DNA of 50,052 nucleotides. Source: Lentisphaeria bacterium. GTDB lineage: Bacteria > Verrucomicrobiota > Lentisphaeria > Victivallales > Victivallaceae. The DNA is taken from contig JAFVPG010000384.1 in the NCBI GenBank assembly GCA_017505415.1, forward strand, positions 1-50,052. The letters are read 5' to 3'. The notes beneath the pieces were generated by a model. The model ran no database searches, had not been told where the DNA came from, and was given only the letters and a program-made list of their open reading frames with translations. Shown here piece by piece: positions 36,496 to 45,961 of the stretch (position 1 is its first letter; every line of letters starts with the position of its first letter). Both the position numbers and the translations under genes were made by a program.

Positions 36496-37764
36496 ATGTC
36501 AGTAGATATTCTGGTCGGTACACTGTGGGGCGATGAAGGCAAAGGCAAACTCATCGACGTTTTAACCCGTGATGTGGATATGGTCGTCCGTTTTCAGGGC
36601 GGCAACAATGCAGGTCACACCGTTGAAATCGGTGATGAAAAATATGTTCTTCACCTCGTTCCGTCCGGCATTTTCCGTCCCGGTGTCAAATGCGTCATCG
36701 GCAACGGTCTTGTAGTCGACCCCATCGGACTTATGGAAGAAATGACCGCACTCAAAGAACGCGGTATTGATATTTCAACTATCGAACTCAGCGACAAAGC
36801 ACATCTCATTTTCGCTTACCACAAAGCATGCGACAAAATGAAAGAACTCGCCGCAGGAAAAGCCAAAATCGGTACTACCGGACGCGGCATCGGTCCTGCT
36901 TATGAAGACAAAGCCGGACGCTGCGGCATCAGAGGCGGTGCGCTCCGTGACCTCGCTCTCCTTGAAAAACTTTTCCGTACACAGTGCGAAAAATATAATA
37001 CACGCTTCGCCGCCGCCGGTGTTGATACTCTTGATGTCGATGCTGAATGGGCAAAAGTCAAAGAAGCCGCAGTCTATCTTGCACCTTATGTCACAGATAC
37101 CGTCCTTTCTGTCAACAAAGCTGCCAAAGCCGGCAAAAACGTCCTCTTTGAAGGCGCACAGGGTGCATTGCTTGACATCGACCACGGAACATATCCCTTT
37201 GTCACCAGCAGCAACACCATCTCCGGCGGTGCATGTACCGGCAGCGGTATTGCTCCCCGTTATGTTGATACTGTCTGGGGGGTAATGAAGGCTTACACCA
37301 CCCGCGTTGGAGAAGGTCCTTTCCCGACTGAACTTTTTGATGCTGACGGTGAAGAACTCCGCAAAATCGGCCGTGAATTCGGAGCAACTACCGGACGTCC
37401 CCGCCGCTGCGGCTGGTTTGATGCAGTCATCTCTGCTTACTCCTGCATGATCAACGGCGTTAATAAACTTGCCATCACCAAACTTGACGTTCTTGATACT
37501 CTTGAAACCGTCTGCATCTGTACAGCTTATGAACTTGACGGCAAAGTAATTACAGAAATGCCAACCTCTGCCGCCGATCTTGCACGGGTCAAACCGGTTT
37601 ATGAAAAACATCCCGGCTGGTGCTGCAGCACTGCAGAAGCACGCACTTTCGCTGAACTTCCTGAAAATGCACAGAAATATCTCAACCGCATTGCAGAACT
37701 TGTTGATGCTGAAGTTGCCATCGTCTCCGTCGGTCCCCGCCGCGATCAGACCTTTCTTGTCTGA
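36496..37764 (+). CDS. purA: Adenylosuccinate synthetase
   Basis: 422 aa. Motifs GTLWGDEGKGKLIDVL, GGNNAGHTV, GTTGRGIGPAYEDK and GATTGRPRRCGWFD. Confidence 0.95.
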   Translation: MSVDILVGTLWGDEGKGKLIDVLTRDVDMVVRFQGGNNAGHTVEIGDEKYVLHLVPSGIFRPGVKCVIGNGLVVDPIGLMEEMTALKERGIDISTIELSDKAHLIFAYHKACDKMKELAAGKAKIGTTGRGIGPAYEDKAGRCGIRGGALRDLALLEKLFRTQCEKYNTRFAAAGVDTLDVDAEWAKVKEAAVYLAPYVTDTVLSVNKAAKAGKNVLFEGAQGALLDIDHGTYPFVTSSNTISGGACTGSGIAPRYVDTVWGVMKAYTTRVGEGPFPTELFDADGEELRKIGREFGATTGRPRRCGWFDAVISAYSCMINGVNKLAITKLDVLDTLETVCICTAYELDGKVITEMPTSAADLARVKPVYEKHPGWCCSTAEARTFAELPENAQKYLNRIAELVDAEVAIVSVGPRRDQTFLV

Positions 37765-37772
37765 GTAATGCC

Positions 37773-37815
37773 GCATTCATAAGCGGAGCGGCACATTTCC
37801 GTTCCGCATGAATGC
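37773..37815 (+). terminator. Strong hairpin between purA and the SEDS gene (terminator or attenuator)
   Basis: gcattcat (37773-37780) / atgaatgc (37808-37815) enclose gcggagcgg (37783-37791) / ccgttccgc (37799-37807), with a 7-nt loop. About 17 bp in total, followed only by TT. Confidence 0.45.
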
Positions 37816-37836
37816 TTGAAGTGCAGAGGAACGCTC

Positions 37837-39003
37837 ATGGCAGCAAAATTACAGGCAAGTTGGAAATCTTACCGCCATAAAGAATCGAAAAGCATGCAAT
37901 ATCTCAGCTCTTTCGATTACTGGCAGATTTTCAGTTTGCTTGTTCTGCTTGGGACGGGATTACTTTTTATTTACAGTACAGGAGTTCAGTCCGGTAATGA
38001 AATATTTTTCAAACGTCAGCTTTTCTGGGTCGCATTTTCCATTCCTGTCTATGTAATATTTTCACATGTAAATGTCCGGATATGGGAAGTCATAGCAGAA
38101 CCTTTTTTCATTATATCCTTGATTCTGCTGGTCATAGTCCTGATATTCGGAGTGAAAATATCAGGAGCAAGGCGATGGCTTGATTTATATTTTTTCAATT
38201 TTCAACCGTCTGAACTTGCAAAATTGTCATTGGTGATAGCACTTGCCAAACTTTTGAGTTTACAGAAATTCAATGTAAATAATTTCTCTGCACTCTGCAT
38301 GATAGCAGGATTGGTACTGCTGCCGTTTGTATTGATCTTCATTGAACCTGACCTCGGCAGTGCATTACTTCTGCTGCCGTGCAGTGGTGCAATGCTTCTG
38401 GCAGCAGGCTTGAGCCGCAAATGGATATTCTCTCTGCTTGGTGCATTTATTCTGCTTGGAGGAATATTGACTGCAAATGAATATTTCAAAATAAAACCGC
38501 TCCTGCGCTCTTATCATAAAGCAAGGATCATGGCATTTCTCGATCCGGAAGATGCTCCGAGAGACATGACATACCAGCAGAGACAGAGCGAACTTGCCGT
38601 CGGATCCGGCGGTTTGTACGGCAAAGGAGTCGGCAAAGGCACTCAACATGCACTTGGTTATCTGCCGCAATCAGCAGCAAATAATGATTTTATTTTTTCA
38701 GTAATTGCCGAAGAATGGGGATTTTTCCGCAGTTTCGGATTATTATGCATTTTTCTGTTGTTATGCTTGAGAATATTATACACGGCATATTGTACAGAAG
38801 ACAAATTCAGCTGCTATACCGCACTTGGAATAGGAACGCTTTTTTTCACGCAGATATTTGTCAATATCGGCGTAAATGTCGGAATTGCCCCGGTTACGGG
38901 ATTAGTTCTGCCGTTTGTCAGTTACGGCGGCTCATTTCTGATTGTCGGCATGATTTCAGCAGGAATCGTGCAGGCCGTCTGGCGCAGCCGCAGTCAGGAT
39001 TAA
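37837..39003 (+). CDS. SEDS-family peptidoglycan glycosyltransferase (RodA/FtsW)
   Basis: Start chosen at ATG 37837 (AGAGGAA 5 nt upstream). Polytopic. Motifs FQPSELAKL, GSGGLYGKGVGKG, DFIFSVIAEEWGF and LPFVSYGGS. Confidence 0.85.
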   Translation: MAAKLQASWKSYRHKESKSMQYLSSFDYWQIFSLLVLLGTGLLFIYSTGVQSGNEIFFKRQLFWVAFSIPVYVIFSHVNVRIWEVIAEPFFIISLILLVIVLIFGVKISGARRWLDLYFFNFQPSELAKLSLVIALAKLLSLQKFNVNNFSALCMIAGLVLLPFVLIFIEPDLGSALLLLPCSGAMLLAAGLSRKWIFSLLGAFILLGGILTANEYFKIKPLLRSYHKARIMAFLDPEDAPRDMTYQQRQSELAVGSGGLYGKGVGKGTQHALGYLPQSAANNDFIFSVIAEEWGFFRSFGLLCIFLLLCLRILYTAYCTEDKFSCYTALGIGTLFFTQIFVNIGVNVGIAPVTGLVLPFVSYGGSFLIVGMISAGIVQAVWRSRSQD

Positions 39004-39027
39004 AATAAATCTAAGGAGTAATACACT

Positions 39028-40116
39028 ATGAAAAAAATAATATTGATGTTTCTTCTGGTCTGTACATTCACTCAACTCAGTGCTTTAAGTACCGGAGATG
39101 AAGCGATTGAACTTAAAACAAAGTTTTACAATGGAAAAATCTTTAAAACCAAATTTTATATAGTCGATGCAAAAAATCAGAAAAAATTGAAAATTCTGGT
39201 CTTTGCCCGTCTGCTTGCAGATGATTTTCTGCACAGTGACTCTCTGATAAAAAATATCGGCAGCCGGAAAAACGTATCACTCGCATTTGCGGCGACCTCC
39301 GAAAATGAAATAGGAACATTTCTGAAAGAACGTCCCGCCTTCCAATATCCTCTGCTGTTCGACAGAAATGCTGTCAAAACATACATGGAACAAAATATGA
39401 TTTATCCCCGTGCATTCGTAATAAATTACGAAAATAAAATCATCTGGGACGGTGAAATGATCGACCTGCCCGACATGCTGGATAAATTTGAAAACGGCAA
39501 ATACGATTTAGAAGTCAACCGTAAAATCAACCGTCATCTCGCAGAAATGCAGAATGCCTTGAGAGCAGGCAGTGAATATCAGCTTGACCGTGCCGCCCGT
39601 GCCATACTTGCACTTGAGCCCGGCAATCTGGCATGTCTGCGCATGCGCATGTTCTCATTTGAAAACACCAACCGCTTCGCCGAAGCGTGGGCATTTCTTG
39701 ATGAATTCCGCCGTAAATACCCTAATGAAAAACACTTATACATGCTTCAGATGGATATGGCGGCACGCTACCGTCAATTCAGCGAAGCCGGAGCGCAAGT
39801 TGCCAGAGCATTTATCAACAGCAAACTCGGTACTGCCAATGATTGGCTGCTGCTCTCTTTTCTGCTGCTGAATCACTATGAAAACAATACAGAAGCTCTG
39901 AATTGTGCCGGAGACTTGCTTAAACGGCTGAACAGCAACTCATTCGGGAATGATATTATGCAAAAATCCCTCTTTTTCCGCACTTGTGCATTATTGCATT
40001 ACAAACGGTGCGATTTGATTGAAGCTGTCAAAAATCAATCACTGGCATGTGACGTTTCAAATGATGCTGAAAACCGGAAAATCTTAAAATATTATCAAAA
40101 TTTACAAAAAAAATAG
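39028..40116 (+). CDS. Secreted thioredoxin-fold (TlpA-like) protein without CxxC, with a helical-repeat C-terminal half
   Basis: 362 aa with a signal peptide. KILVFARLLADDF sits where TlpA-type proteins carry FWASWCxPC. YPLLFD...YPRAFVINYENKIIWDG matches the rest of the fold. Confidence 0.55.
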   Translation: MKKIILMFLLVCTFTQLSALSTGDEAIELKTKFYNGKIFKTKFYIVDAKNQKKLKILVFARLLADDFLHSDSLIKNIGSRKNVSLAFAATSENEIGTFLKERPAFQYPLLFDRNAVKTYMEQNMIYPRAFVINYENKIIWDGEMIDLPDMLDKFENGKYDLEVNRKINRHLAEMQNALRAGSEYQLDRAARAILALEPGNLACLRMRMFSFENTNRFAEAWAFLDEFRRKYPNEKHLYMLQMDMAARYRQFSEAGAQVARAFINSKLGTANDWLLLSFLLLNHYENNTEALNCAGDLLKRLNSNSFGNDIMQKSLFFRTCALLHYKRCDLIEAVKNQSLACDVSNDAENRKILKYYQNLQKK

Positions 40117-40156
40117 CTTTTTTTCTATAAAAAATGAAAAAAAAGTAAAAAAAGGG

Positions 40157-40185
40157 TTGACTTTTATATAAATATGGGTTAATTT
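40157..40185 (+). promoter_or_regulatory. Candidate sigma70-type promoter of secG
   Basis: TTGACT (40157-40162), 17-nt spacer, TAATTT (40180-40185), about 75 nt upstream of secG. Confidence 0.35.
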
Positions 40186-40261
40186 TATTATGTGGCTTTT
40201 TGTGTGCCAATGAAAAAATGTTAAAAAAATAAATAAATTAAGATATTGAAAGGTAAGATAT

Positions 40262-40591
40262 ATGACATTTTGGGCAGTAATTTTGTACGCGGCAGTTATT
40301 CTGGTCGCAATTCTTTTGATTGCATTGATTTTGGTACAGCAGTCCAAAGGCGGCGGTTTCGGCGGAGCCTTCGGAGGATTGGGAGAATCAATTCTCGGAG
40401 CGCAGGCTGGCAGTCATCTGACCAAACTGACTGTTATTTTGAGTACGATTTTCTTCGTTCTCGTACTGGCAATCGCAGTTCTCATCTCTCACGGCGGAGC
40501 AACAAAAAGTTCCGATGCTGCTATTGATTCACTGCTCTCTCAAGAAGCTGCAAAAACTGTTGAAACAACAGCTCCAGCGGCAAAAAAATAA
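40262..40591 (+). CDS. secG: Preprotein translocase subunit SecG
   Basis: 109 aa with two TM helices flanking LVQQSKGGGFGGAFGG, the SecG signature. Confidence 0.85.
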   Translation: MTFWAVILYAAVILVAILLIALILVQQSKGGGFGGAFGGLGESILGAQAGSHLTKLTVILSTIFFVLVLAIAVLISHGGATKSSDAAIDSLLSQEAAKTVETTAPAAKK

Positions 40592-40615
40592 TATATTCCT
40601 AAGGAGATCACAACT

Positions 40616-41416
40616 ATGAAATACCCCTCCCGGACATTGAGTTTGCTGTTATGCTGTATGCTCACAGGGGGATTCTGCGCATACGGTAATGAAAAAACAA
40701 AGAAAAATGTCAGCAAAAATATTGATATTATCAAAAATTCAATGAAAATTACCGTCAATACCGTCATGCCTCCGATGGCAAAAACCACCGGAACTGTCGG
40801 CGCCAATGCTGCAAATTCAAAAAATGTCTGGGGGCAGGTTGATCTCAAATTCCGTACTGATAATGTAAAAGAAGCAAAAAAACGCTTTATTGACAATCCT
40901 GAACTTGACGTTGTCATTGCAACTTATCAGGATATTGAAAAAGATAAAAAGTCAAAAGACAAGAAAACTGTTAACAAAAATAAGTGTGTTGTTTTCAGCG
41001 GAAAACTGAAATATATCACTATCGAACAGGACGGGAATGACCACTACATGAAAGCATTGCTGCCGGGAATCATCTTCCGCAGATTTGCTTATGACCGCAC
41101 TCTCGACCGGAGCATACTTGCCGTAAAAATGACTTTGAAAGGAAACGGTAAAATTATCGGAACAGCCTACGGCAGCAATAAGTCTTTGACCAGAGATGTT
41201 CTGGAAAAATTTTTCAAATCTCTGCCGAAAAACTATGTTGATGCAAAAAATACCATCTACGGACGCTATGGTACTTCGTGGAATGTTATTGATGTAAATA
41301 AATATGAACTTGAGAAGATTCCCGGTCATGACAGTGATAATATGGTTCCCCGTACGGAATTTTTCGTGGATGACGGCAATTCTCCCCCAAAAAATGTAAA
41401 AAAACAAAAAAAATAA
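40616..41416 (+). CDS. Secreted hypothetical protein, first gene of the pilus-like cluster
   Basis: 266 aa with AAGGAG upstream. It has a Sec-type signal peptide and no class III prepilin motif. Lys-rich. Confidence 0.55.
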   Translation: MKYPSRTLSLLLCCMLTGGFCAYGNEKTKKNVSKNIDIIKNSMKITVNTVMPPMAKTTGTVGANAANSKNVWGQVDLKFRTDNVKEAKKRFIDNPELDVVIATYQDIEKDKKSKDKKTVNKNKCVVFSGKLKYITIEQDGNDHYMKALLPGIIFRRFAYDRTLDRSILAVKMTLKGNGKIIGTAYGSNKSLTRDVLEKFFKSLPKNYVDAKNTIYGRYGTSWNVIDVNKYELEKIPGHDSDNMVPRTEFFVDDGNSPPKNVKKQKK

Positions 41417-41440
41417 TAAATAAACGGAAGACAGCATTTT

Positions 41441-43303
41441 ATGGCAGTACAGTCAACAATTTTAACTATTGATGTCGGTAGCGATACCGTCAAAATGGCG
41501 GAGTTTTCTTTTGCTCCCGAAGGCGGCGGTCTTATACTGGAAAAATTTGCATTTGAACCGCTTGCGCAAGGTGATGATGAAGCGGTTGTTGCGTTTGCCC
41601 GTGTCTATCAATTTATGCTGCAGACAAACAATTTCCGGTCAAAACAGGTTCGTATTACCATTTCCGGTCAGGCAGCATTTTCCCGTTTGAGCAAACTGCC
41701 GGAATTAAGCGGTGATGATGACATGATCAGCAAGATCATTGAATTTGAAGCCAAACAAACAGTTCCGTACACCATGGATGAAATCATCTGGGACTATCAG
41801 CTTATCAAACATACCATTCCGCCGGTCACAGAATTTGATGATCCGCACGATGAATATGAAGCATTGTTTGTCGCTGCCAAACGTGATATTATTACTGCAT
41901 ATACCGACGTTGTTCTGGAGAGCGGCCTTGATGTTATCTCCGTAAATATTGCTCCTGTATCAATGGCCAATGCATATTATGCATGTGTCAAACGTGATCC
42001 CGGCGCATGTGAAATGCTGCTCAATATCGGAGGACAGTCAAGCTCTCTGGTCATTTGTGAAGGCGACAGAATTTTTGTCCGCAGTATTCCTATTGCCGGA
42101 GATGCCATCACTCAGCAGATAAGCAAAGAATTTGCTATTCCGTTTGCAGAAGCAGAAGATTTGAAGGGCAAACATGGCTTTGTCGCACTCGGCGGTGCTT
42201 ATGAGGACCCCGAATCTGAAGTTGCCGCAACTATTTCAAAAATCGCCCGTAACGTAATGACCCGTCTGCACGGCGAAATCAGCCGCTCCATAAATGTTTG
42301 GCGTTCACAGCACAACGGAAGCAAACCGACTGCACTTTATCTTGCAGGCGGAGGTTCGCTGATACAGTATGTAACTGAATTTTTCACTGAAAAACTTCAT
42401 ATCAAAGTCGATTACCTCAACGTTTTCAGTGCCATGGGCATCGGCAGCGGTGTTGACCGTGAAGCATTGCTTGACGTTGCTCCCATGTTTGCTGAACTTG
42501 CAGGAATGGGTGTCCGCAGTGCGGCAGAAGTTCCGGTCGACATCAACCTCGTTCCTGAAACTATCAAAATTCAGGCGGATATTCAATCCAAGAAAATGTA
42601 TTTCTTTGCCAGTTGTGCAACTCTGGTGGTTTCACTGCTTATTTTCTATGCAGGTGTCAGCAAAATGCTTGAATTCGACCGTTCCCGTGTGGAACGTGTC
42701 CGCGGCAAAGTCGAAGAAGCTCAGGCACTTTTTGAAAAAATCAAAGAACAGAACAGATATGTTACATCGGAGAAAGATAAGTATAACCGTTATATCAAGC
42801 TGATCAAGGACCGTACTGCATGGATCGAAATCATGAATGATTTGCAGAATATCATTCCCGATACAACCTGGTTCGTAAAACTTGAAGGCATTGCGGATAT
42901 TGAAGCTGACCGCAAAGCTGAACAGGAAGCCGCACAGAAAGCCCGTCAGGAAGGTGCTCCTGCAACTGAAAATAATAACGGCGGCGGTTTTGCCGGTATT
43001 TTCGGCGGAAATCAGCCGGCTCCACCACCAGATCCCGGCATGAATCCTGAAATGGGTGACGGAATGGCAGCTCCTCAGAATCCTCAAAAAGAAATCAATG
43101 CCCTGAAACTCAAGGGCTATTCATTGCTGCTCAAACAGGAAATTCTTACTGACTACCTGAAAGCAAACATCAAAAAGTCAAAAATGTTCAAAAACAGTGA
43201 CCCGAATGATGTTGAGATCGTTGTTGTTCTGGATGAAGTTGCTCCCAACAACATTGCCGCATTCACACTCTACCTTAAACTCAATAACCCGATGAGATAT
43301 TAA
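41441..43303 (+). CDS. PilM-like actin-fold protein fused to a PilN-like TM/coiled-coil region
   Basis: 620 aa. The N-terminal LTIDVGSDTVKMAEF...FEAKQTVPYTMDEIIWDY is PilM-like. A TM helix (FFASCATLVVSLLIFYAGV) lies near residue 400, followed by a coiled coil and a Pro/Gly/Asn low-complexity linker. Confidence 0.75.
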   Translation: MAVQSTILTIDVGSDTVKMAEFSFAPEGGGLILEKFAFEPLAQGDDEAVVAFARVYQFMLQTNNFRSKQVRITISGQAAFSRLSKLPELSGDDDMISKIIEFEAKQTVPYTMDEIIWDYQLIKHTIPPVTEFDDPHDEYEALFVAAKRDIITAYTDVVLESGLDVISVNIAPVSMANAYYACVKRDPGACEMLLNIGGQSSSLVICEGDRIFVRSIPIAGDAITQQISKEFAIPFAEAEDLKGKHGFVALGGAYEDPESEVAATISKIARNVMTRLHGEISRSINVWRSQHNGSKPTALYLAGGGSLIQYVTEFFTEKLHIKVDYLNVFSAMGIGSGVDREALLDVAPMFAELAGMGVRSAAEVPVDINLVPETIKIQADIQSKKMYFFASCATLVVSLLIFYAGVSKMLEFDRSRVERVRGKVEEAQALFEKIKEQNRYVTSEKDKYNRYIKLIKDRTAWIEIMNDLQNIIPDTTWFVKLEGIADIEADRKAEQEAAQKARQEGAPATENNNGGGFAGIFGGNQPAPPPDPGMNPEMGDGMAAPQNPQKEINALKLKGYSLLLKQEILTDYLKANIKKSKMFKNSDPNDVEIVVVLDEVAPNNIAAFTLYLKLNNPMRY

Positions 43304-43305
43304 TT

Positions 43306-44562
43306 ATGAATCCTGTATTTATAAAAAGATTTTTGAAATATAATAAACCTCTGGTTGCTGTAATCGGAGTGTCATTGCTGGTTGTACTTTTCCTGCTCGT
43401 CATTGCTGTTTTGAAATATCTCGAAATGGTTGCGGCAAATAGTGAAGTCAACAGAATGCGTGACATTATAGCTGAGCTTCAGGATCCACGCAAAAATAAA
43501 GTCGCTGTTATTGAAGGCAACCTCGATCTGCTGAAAAAAGATTATGTAATATATCAGAAAAAGAATGAAGAACTGCGCCCCCATATCGGTCATCCGTATG
43601 AAAAAGCTCTCGATGCCATGGCTAAAGAACTCGGAATGAAAAACGGTGAAGATTTAACTGTAAAATTCTATGAATTTGTCAATAAACGTAACGAACATGG
43701 CAATAATGAACAGATTTCTATTATTTTCAGACGTTTTGAACAGCAGTTCAAGCCTCATATCTGGCGCAAGGCTGTTGAAGCATTTATGAATGAAGCCAAT
43801 TCAAAAACTGCGGATAAAAAGGAAACAAAACGTAAAATATCATTTGAAGAAGTCACTTCCGCTAACGTCAATGATATTTTCCTCCAGTCACTCGGTATCC
43901 CCCGAGAAATGTCAGGACGCGGTATCCAACATTGCAAAGACATTATAGAAAAAATAAAATTCGAACTGAATAAACACGTTATCAGTAAAAATATTGAAGT
44001 GAATAAAGATGCTGTTGATTTTTCTCTGACCACTCCCGGTTTGACATCTCCTGCTCAAATCGCAGAGTCCATGCAGAATATGGAAATTGTCAGCGATATG
44101 ATTTCAAGAATAGTAAATGATATTCCGTCTGCAAGCAAGGGCTCCTCTCTGAAATCATTTGAAAGCATCCGCTATAACGGCAAATCTCCTCTTCCTGATG
44201 ACAACAAGGCCGAAGTTTACAAATATAATCTGAAAATGATCGGCACCATGACTGCATTACGTCAGTTGTTCAAGTCTCTGAATGATGCAATTTACGATGG
44301 CAGATTGTATATCGTACGCAATGTGAAACTCAATGTTCCGCTGGAATCAGACGGCGCAGCTGTTGTCGTTGGATTCGCAGAAGAACCTGCCGAATACGTT
44401 GACGGTAAAAAAGTCGAAATCAAATATAAAGATGACTCAGATCTTGCAGTGCATTTGCGCCGTAACTACGGTAAAGTACTTATCGGTGCAAATCCATTCT
44501 TCAATATCGAATTGGATGTTGAATACGTTATTTTGAAACAACATGAATTTCAGAGCAGATAA
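43306..44562 (+). CDS. TM-anchored pilus-assembly-like protein (PilO / Amuc_1100-like by position and architecture)
   Basis: 418 aa. N-terminal TM helix (VAVIGVSLLVVLFLLVIAVL), a coiled-coil region, and a C-terminal beta-rich domain. Starts 2 nt after the PilM-like gene stop. Confidence 0.55.
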   Translation: MNPVFIKRFLKYNKPLVAVIGVSLLVVLFLLVIAVLKYLEMVAANSEVNRMRDIIAELQDPRKNKVAVIEGNLDLLKKDYVIYQKKNEELRPHIGHPYEKALDAMAKELGMKNGEDLTVKFYEFVNKRNEHGNNEQISIIFRRFEQQFKPHIWRKAVEAFMNEANSKTADKKETKRKISFEEVTSANVNDIFLQSLGIPREMSGRGIQHCKDIIEKIKFELNKHVISKNIEVNKDAVDFSLTTPGLTSPAQIAESMQNMEIVSDMISRIVNDIPSASKGSSLKSFESIRYNGKSPLPDDNKAEVYKYNLKMIGTMTALRQLFKSLNDAIYDGRLYIVRNVKLNVPLESDGAAVVVGFAEEPAEYVDGKKVEIKYKDDSDLAVHLRRNYGKVLIGANPFFNIELDVEYVILKQHEFQSR

Positions 44563-44576
44563 TCAGGAGGAATGAA

Positions 44577-45926
44577 GTGAACTTTTTGAAAAAACATTAT
44601 GAAAAAGTTGCATTGCTTGCACTTTTCATTATCTTTGCATTGCTTTTGGTCCACTTGTATACCATTATTCAGGCAACGGGTGAGGTTAAAGATTCCGACC
44701 TGCAAATCCCGACCAGAGACCCTGATTATCAGCTTGCAGATTTGAAAAAGATTGAATTCAATCTGCCTGAGCTTTTCAAATATAACACTGTTTGGAATGC
44801 CTCAACAGCCCGCAAAAGCGAAAACAGCAAACATTTCAGCGACGTAATGGCCGTTTTTAAAATCACCCGTTGCGGTTATTGCAACCATCTGATTCCACGA
44901 ACCTATATGGAAAACGCTGAAAAATGTCCGTATTTCAATTGCAGTTCAAAAGAAAATCTTAAAAAGCCCAGAGAAGAAAAAAAGGGAGAAAACGGTACTG
45001 TACAACTTGACTCTGACGAAGATGGTATTCCCAACCTTGTTGAATTGGTTTATAATTTGAACCCATACGATGCTTCTGACGCTGAACTTGACCTCGATGA
45101 TGACGGCTTTATCAATTACTACGAATATCAGCAGATGAAAGATGCTGATGAATTCAAAAAAATATTTTCCGAAGAACAGAAAAACTTCTCTTCTGAAGAA
45201 CAGAAAAATCTTATTCTGAAAGATCCCAAAAAACATCCCGGACTGTACCTCGGTCTGAAAATTGACCGCCTCGAACGCCAGCCTCTCAACATGGACCTGC
45301 TCGGCATTACTGTCGATAAGAAAAATAAAAACAGAGCCGCATGGCCGATTCAAATAAAAATCAAAGAACAGTATATCGGTACCGGCAGAAAAAGAAAATT
45401 GCATAAAGAAAGAACAAATGTTACCTACATCGGTGAAAAAATCAAACTTGAAACCGGTGAATATACTATTGAAGATATTAAAGATGAACCCATCCCTGTC
45501 GCCAAACAGACCAAAGACTCCGGCGATACAAATTATTACATAGTACTCAAAAAAATACAAAACAAAAACAAAGATAAAAACAAATCCATCATATTCGATG
45601 TCAAAAAAGGTATAGAGGCATTCGATCCTGAATACAGAGCATATTTGTCCGATATCTGGAATTACAAAAAATATGACGGCAGAGTTGGTAATACCATACG
45701 AATGGGAGTGGCAAATATCGGTTTTACAAGATATACCATCAGAGAAATCAACAAGCGCGATAATTCTGTCACTCTGGAAACTCCAGACAAAAAGAATGTG
45801 GTTATCAAAACTGTACCTCTCATGCCCCAAGATGTTATCAATGCTATGAATAAAAATAAAGATAAAGAAAAAAGTAAAGATAATGACGACGGTAATTCAA
45901 ATAATCCGTCCGGCATACAGAGATAA
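44577..45926 (+). CDS. TM-anchored hypothetical protein with Cys4 zinc-ribbon and DxDxDG calcium-binding-like motifs
   Basis: 449 aa with a GTG start and AGGAGG 6 nt upstream. TM helix VALLALFIIFALLLVHLY. Zinc-ribbon CGYCNHLIPRTYMENAEKCPYFNC. Motifs DSDEDGIPNLVE and DLDDDGFINYYE. Lys/Asn-rich tracts. Confidence 0.6.
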   Translation: MNFLKKHYEKVALLALFIIFALLLVHLYTIIQATGEVKDSDLQIPTRDPDYQLADLKKIEFNLPELFKYNTVWNASTARKSENSKHFSDVMAVFKITRCGYCNHLIPRTYMENAEKCPYFNCSSKENLKKPREEKKGENGTVQLDSDEDGIPNLVELVYNLNPYDASDAELDLDDDGFINYYEYQQMKDADEFKKIFSEEQKNFSSEEQKNLILKDPKKHPGLYLGLKIDRLERQPLNMDLLGITVDKKNKNRAAWPIQIKIKEQYIGTGRKRKLHKERTNVTYIGEKIKLETGEYTIEDIKDEPIPVAKQTKDSGDTNYYIVLKKIQNKNKDKNKSIIFDVKKGIEAFDPEYRAYLSDIWNYKKYDGRVGNTIRMGVANIGFTRYTIREINKRDNSVTLETPDKKNVVIKTVPLMPQDVINAMNKNKDKEKSKDNDDGNSNNPSGIQR

Positions 45927-45961
45927 AAAGGAATTATTAATTTTACATAAAGGATAAGTAT

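Noticed and set aside
36775-37776. 333-aa minus-strand ORF covering almost all of purA
   Set aside because: Antisense shadow of a highly conserved gene. The translation is Cys/Phe/Ala-rich low complexity with no motif or RBS.
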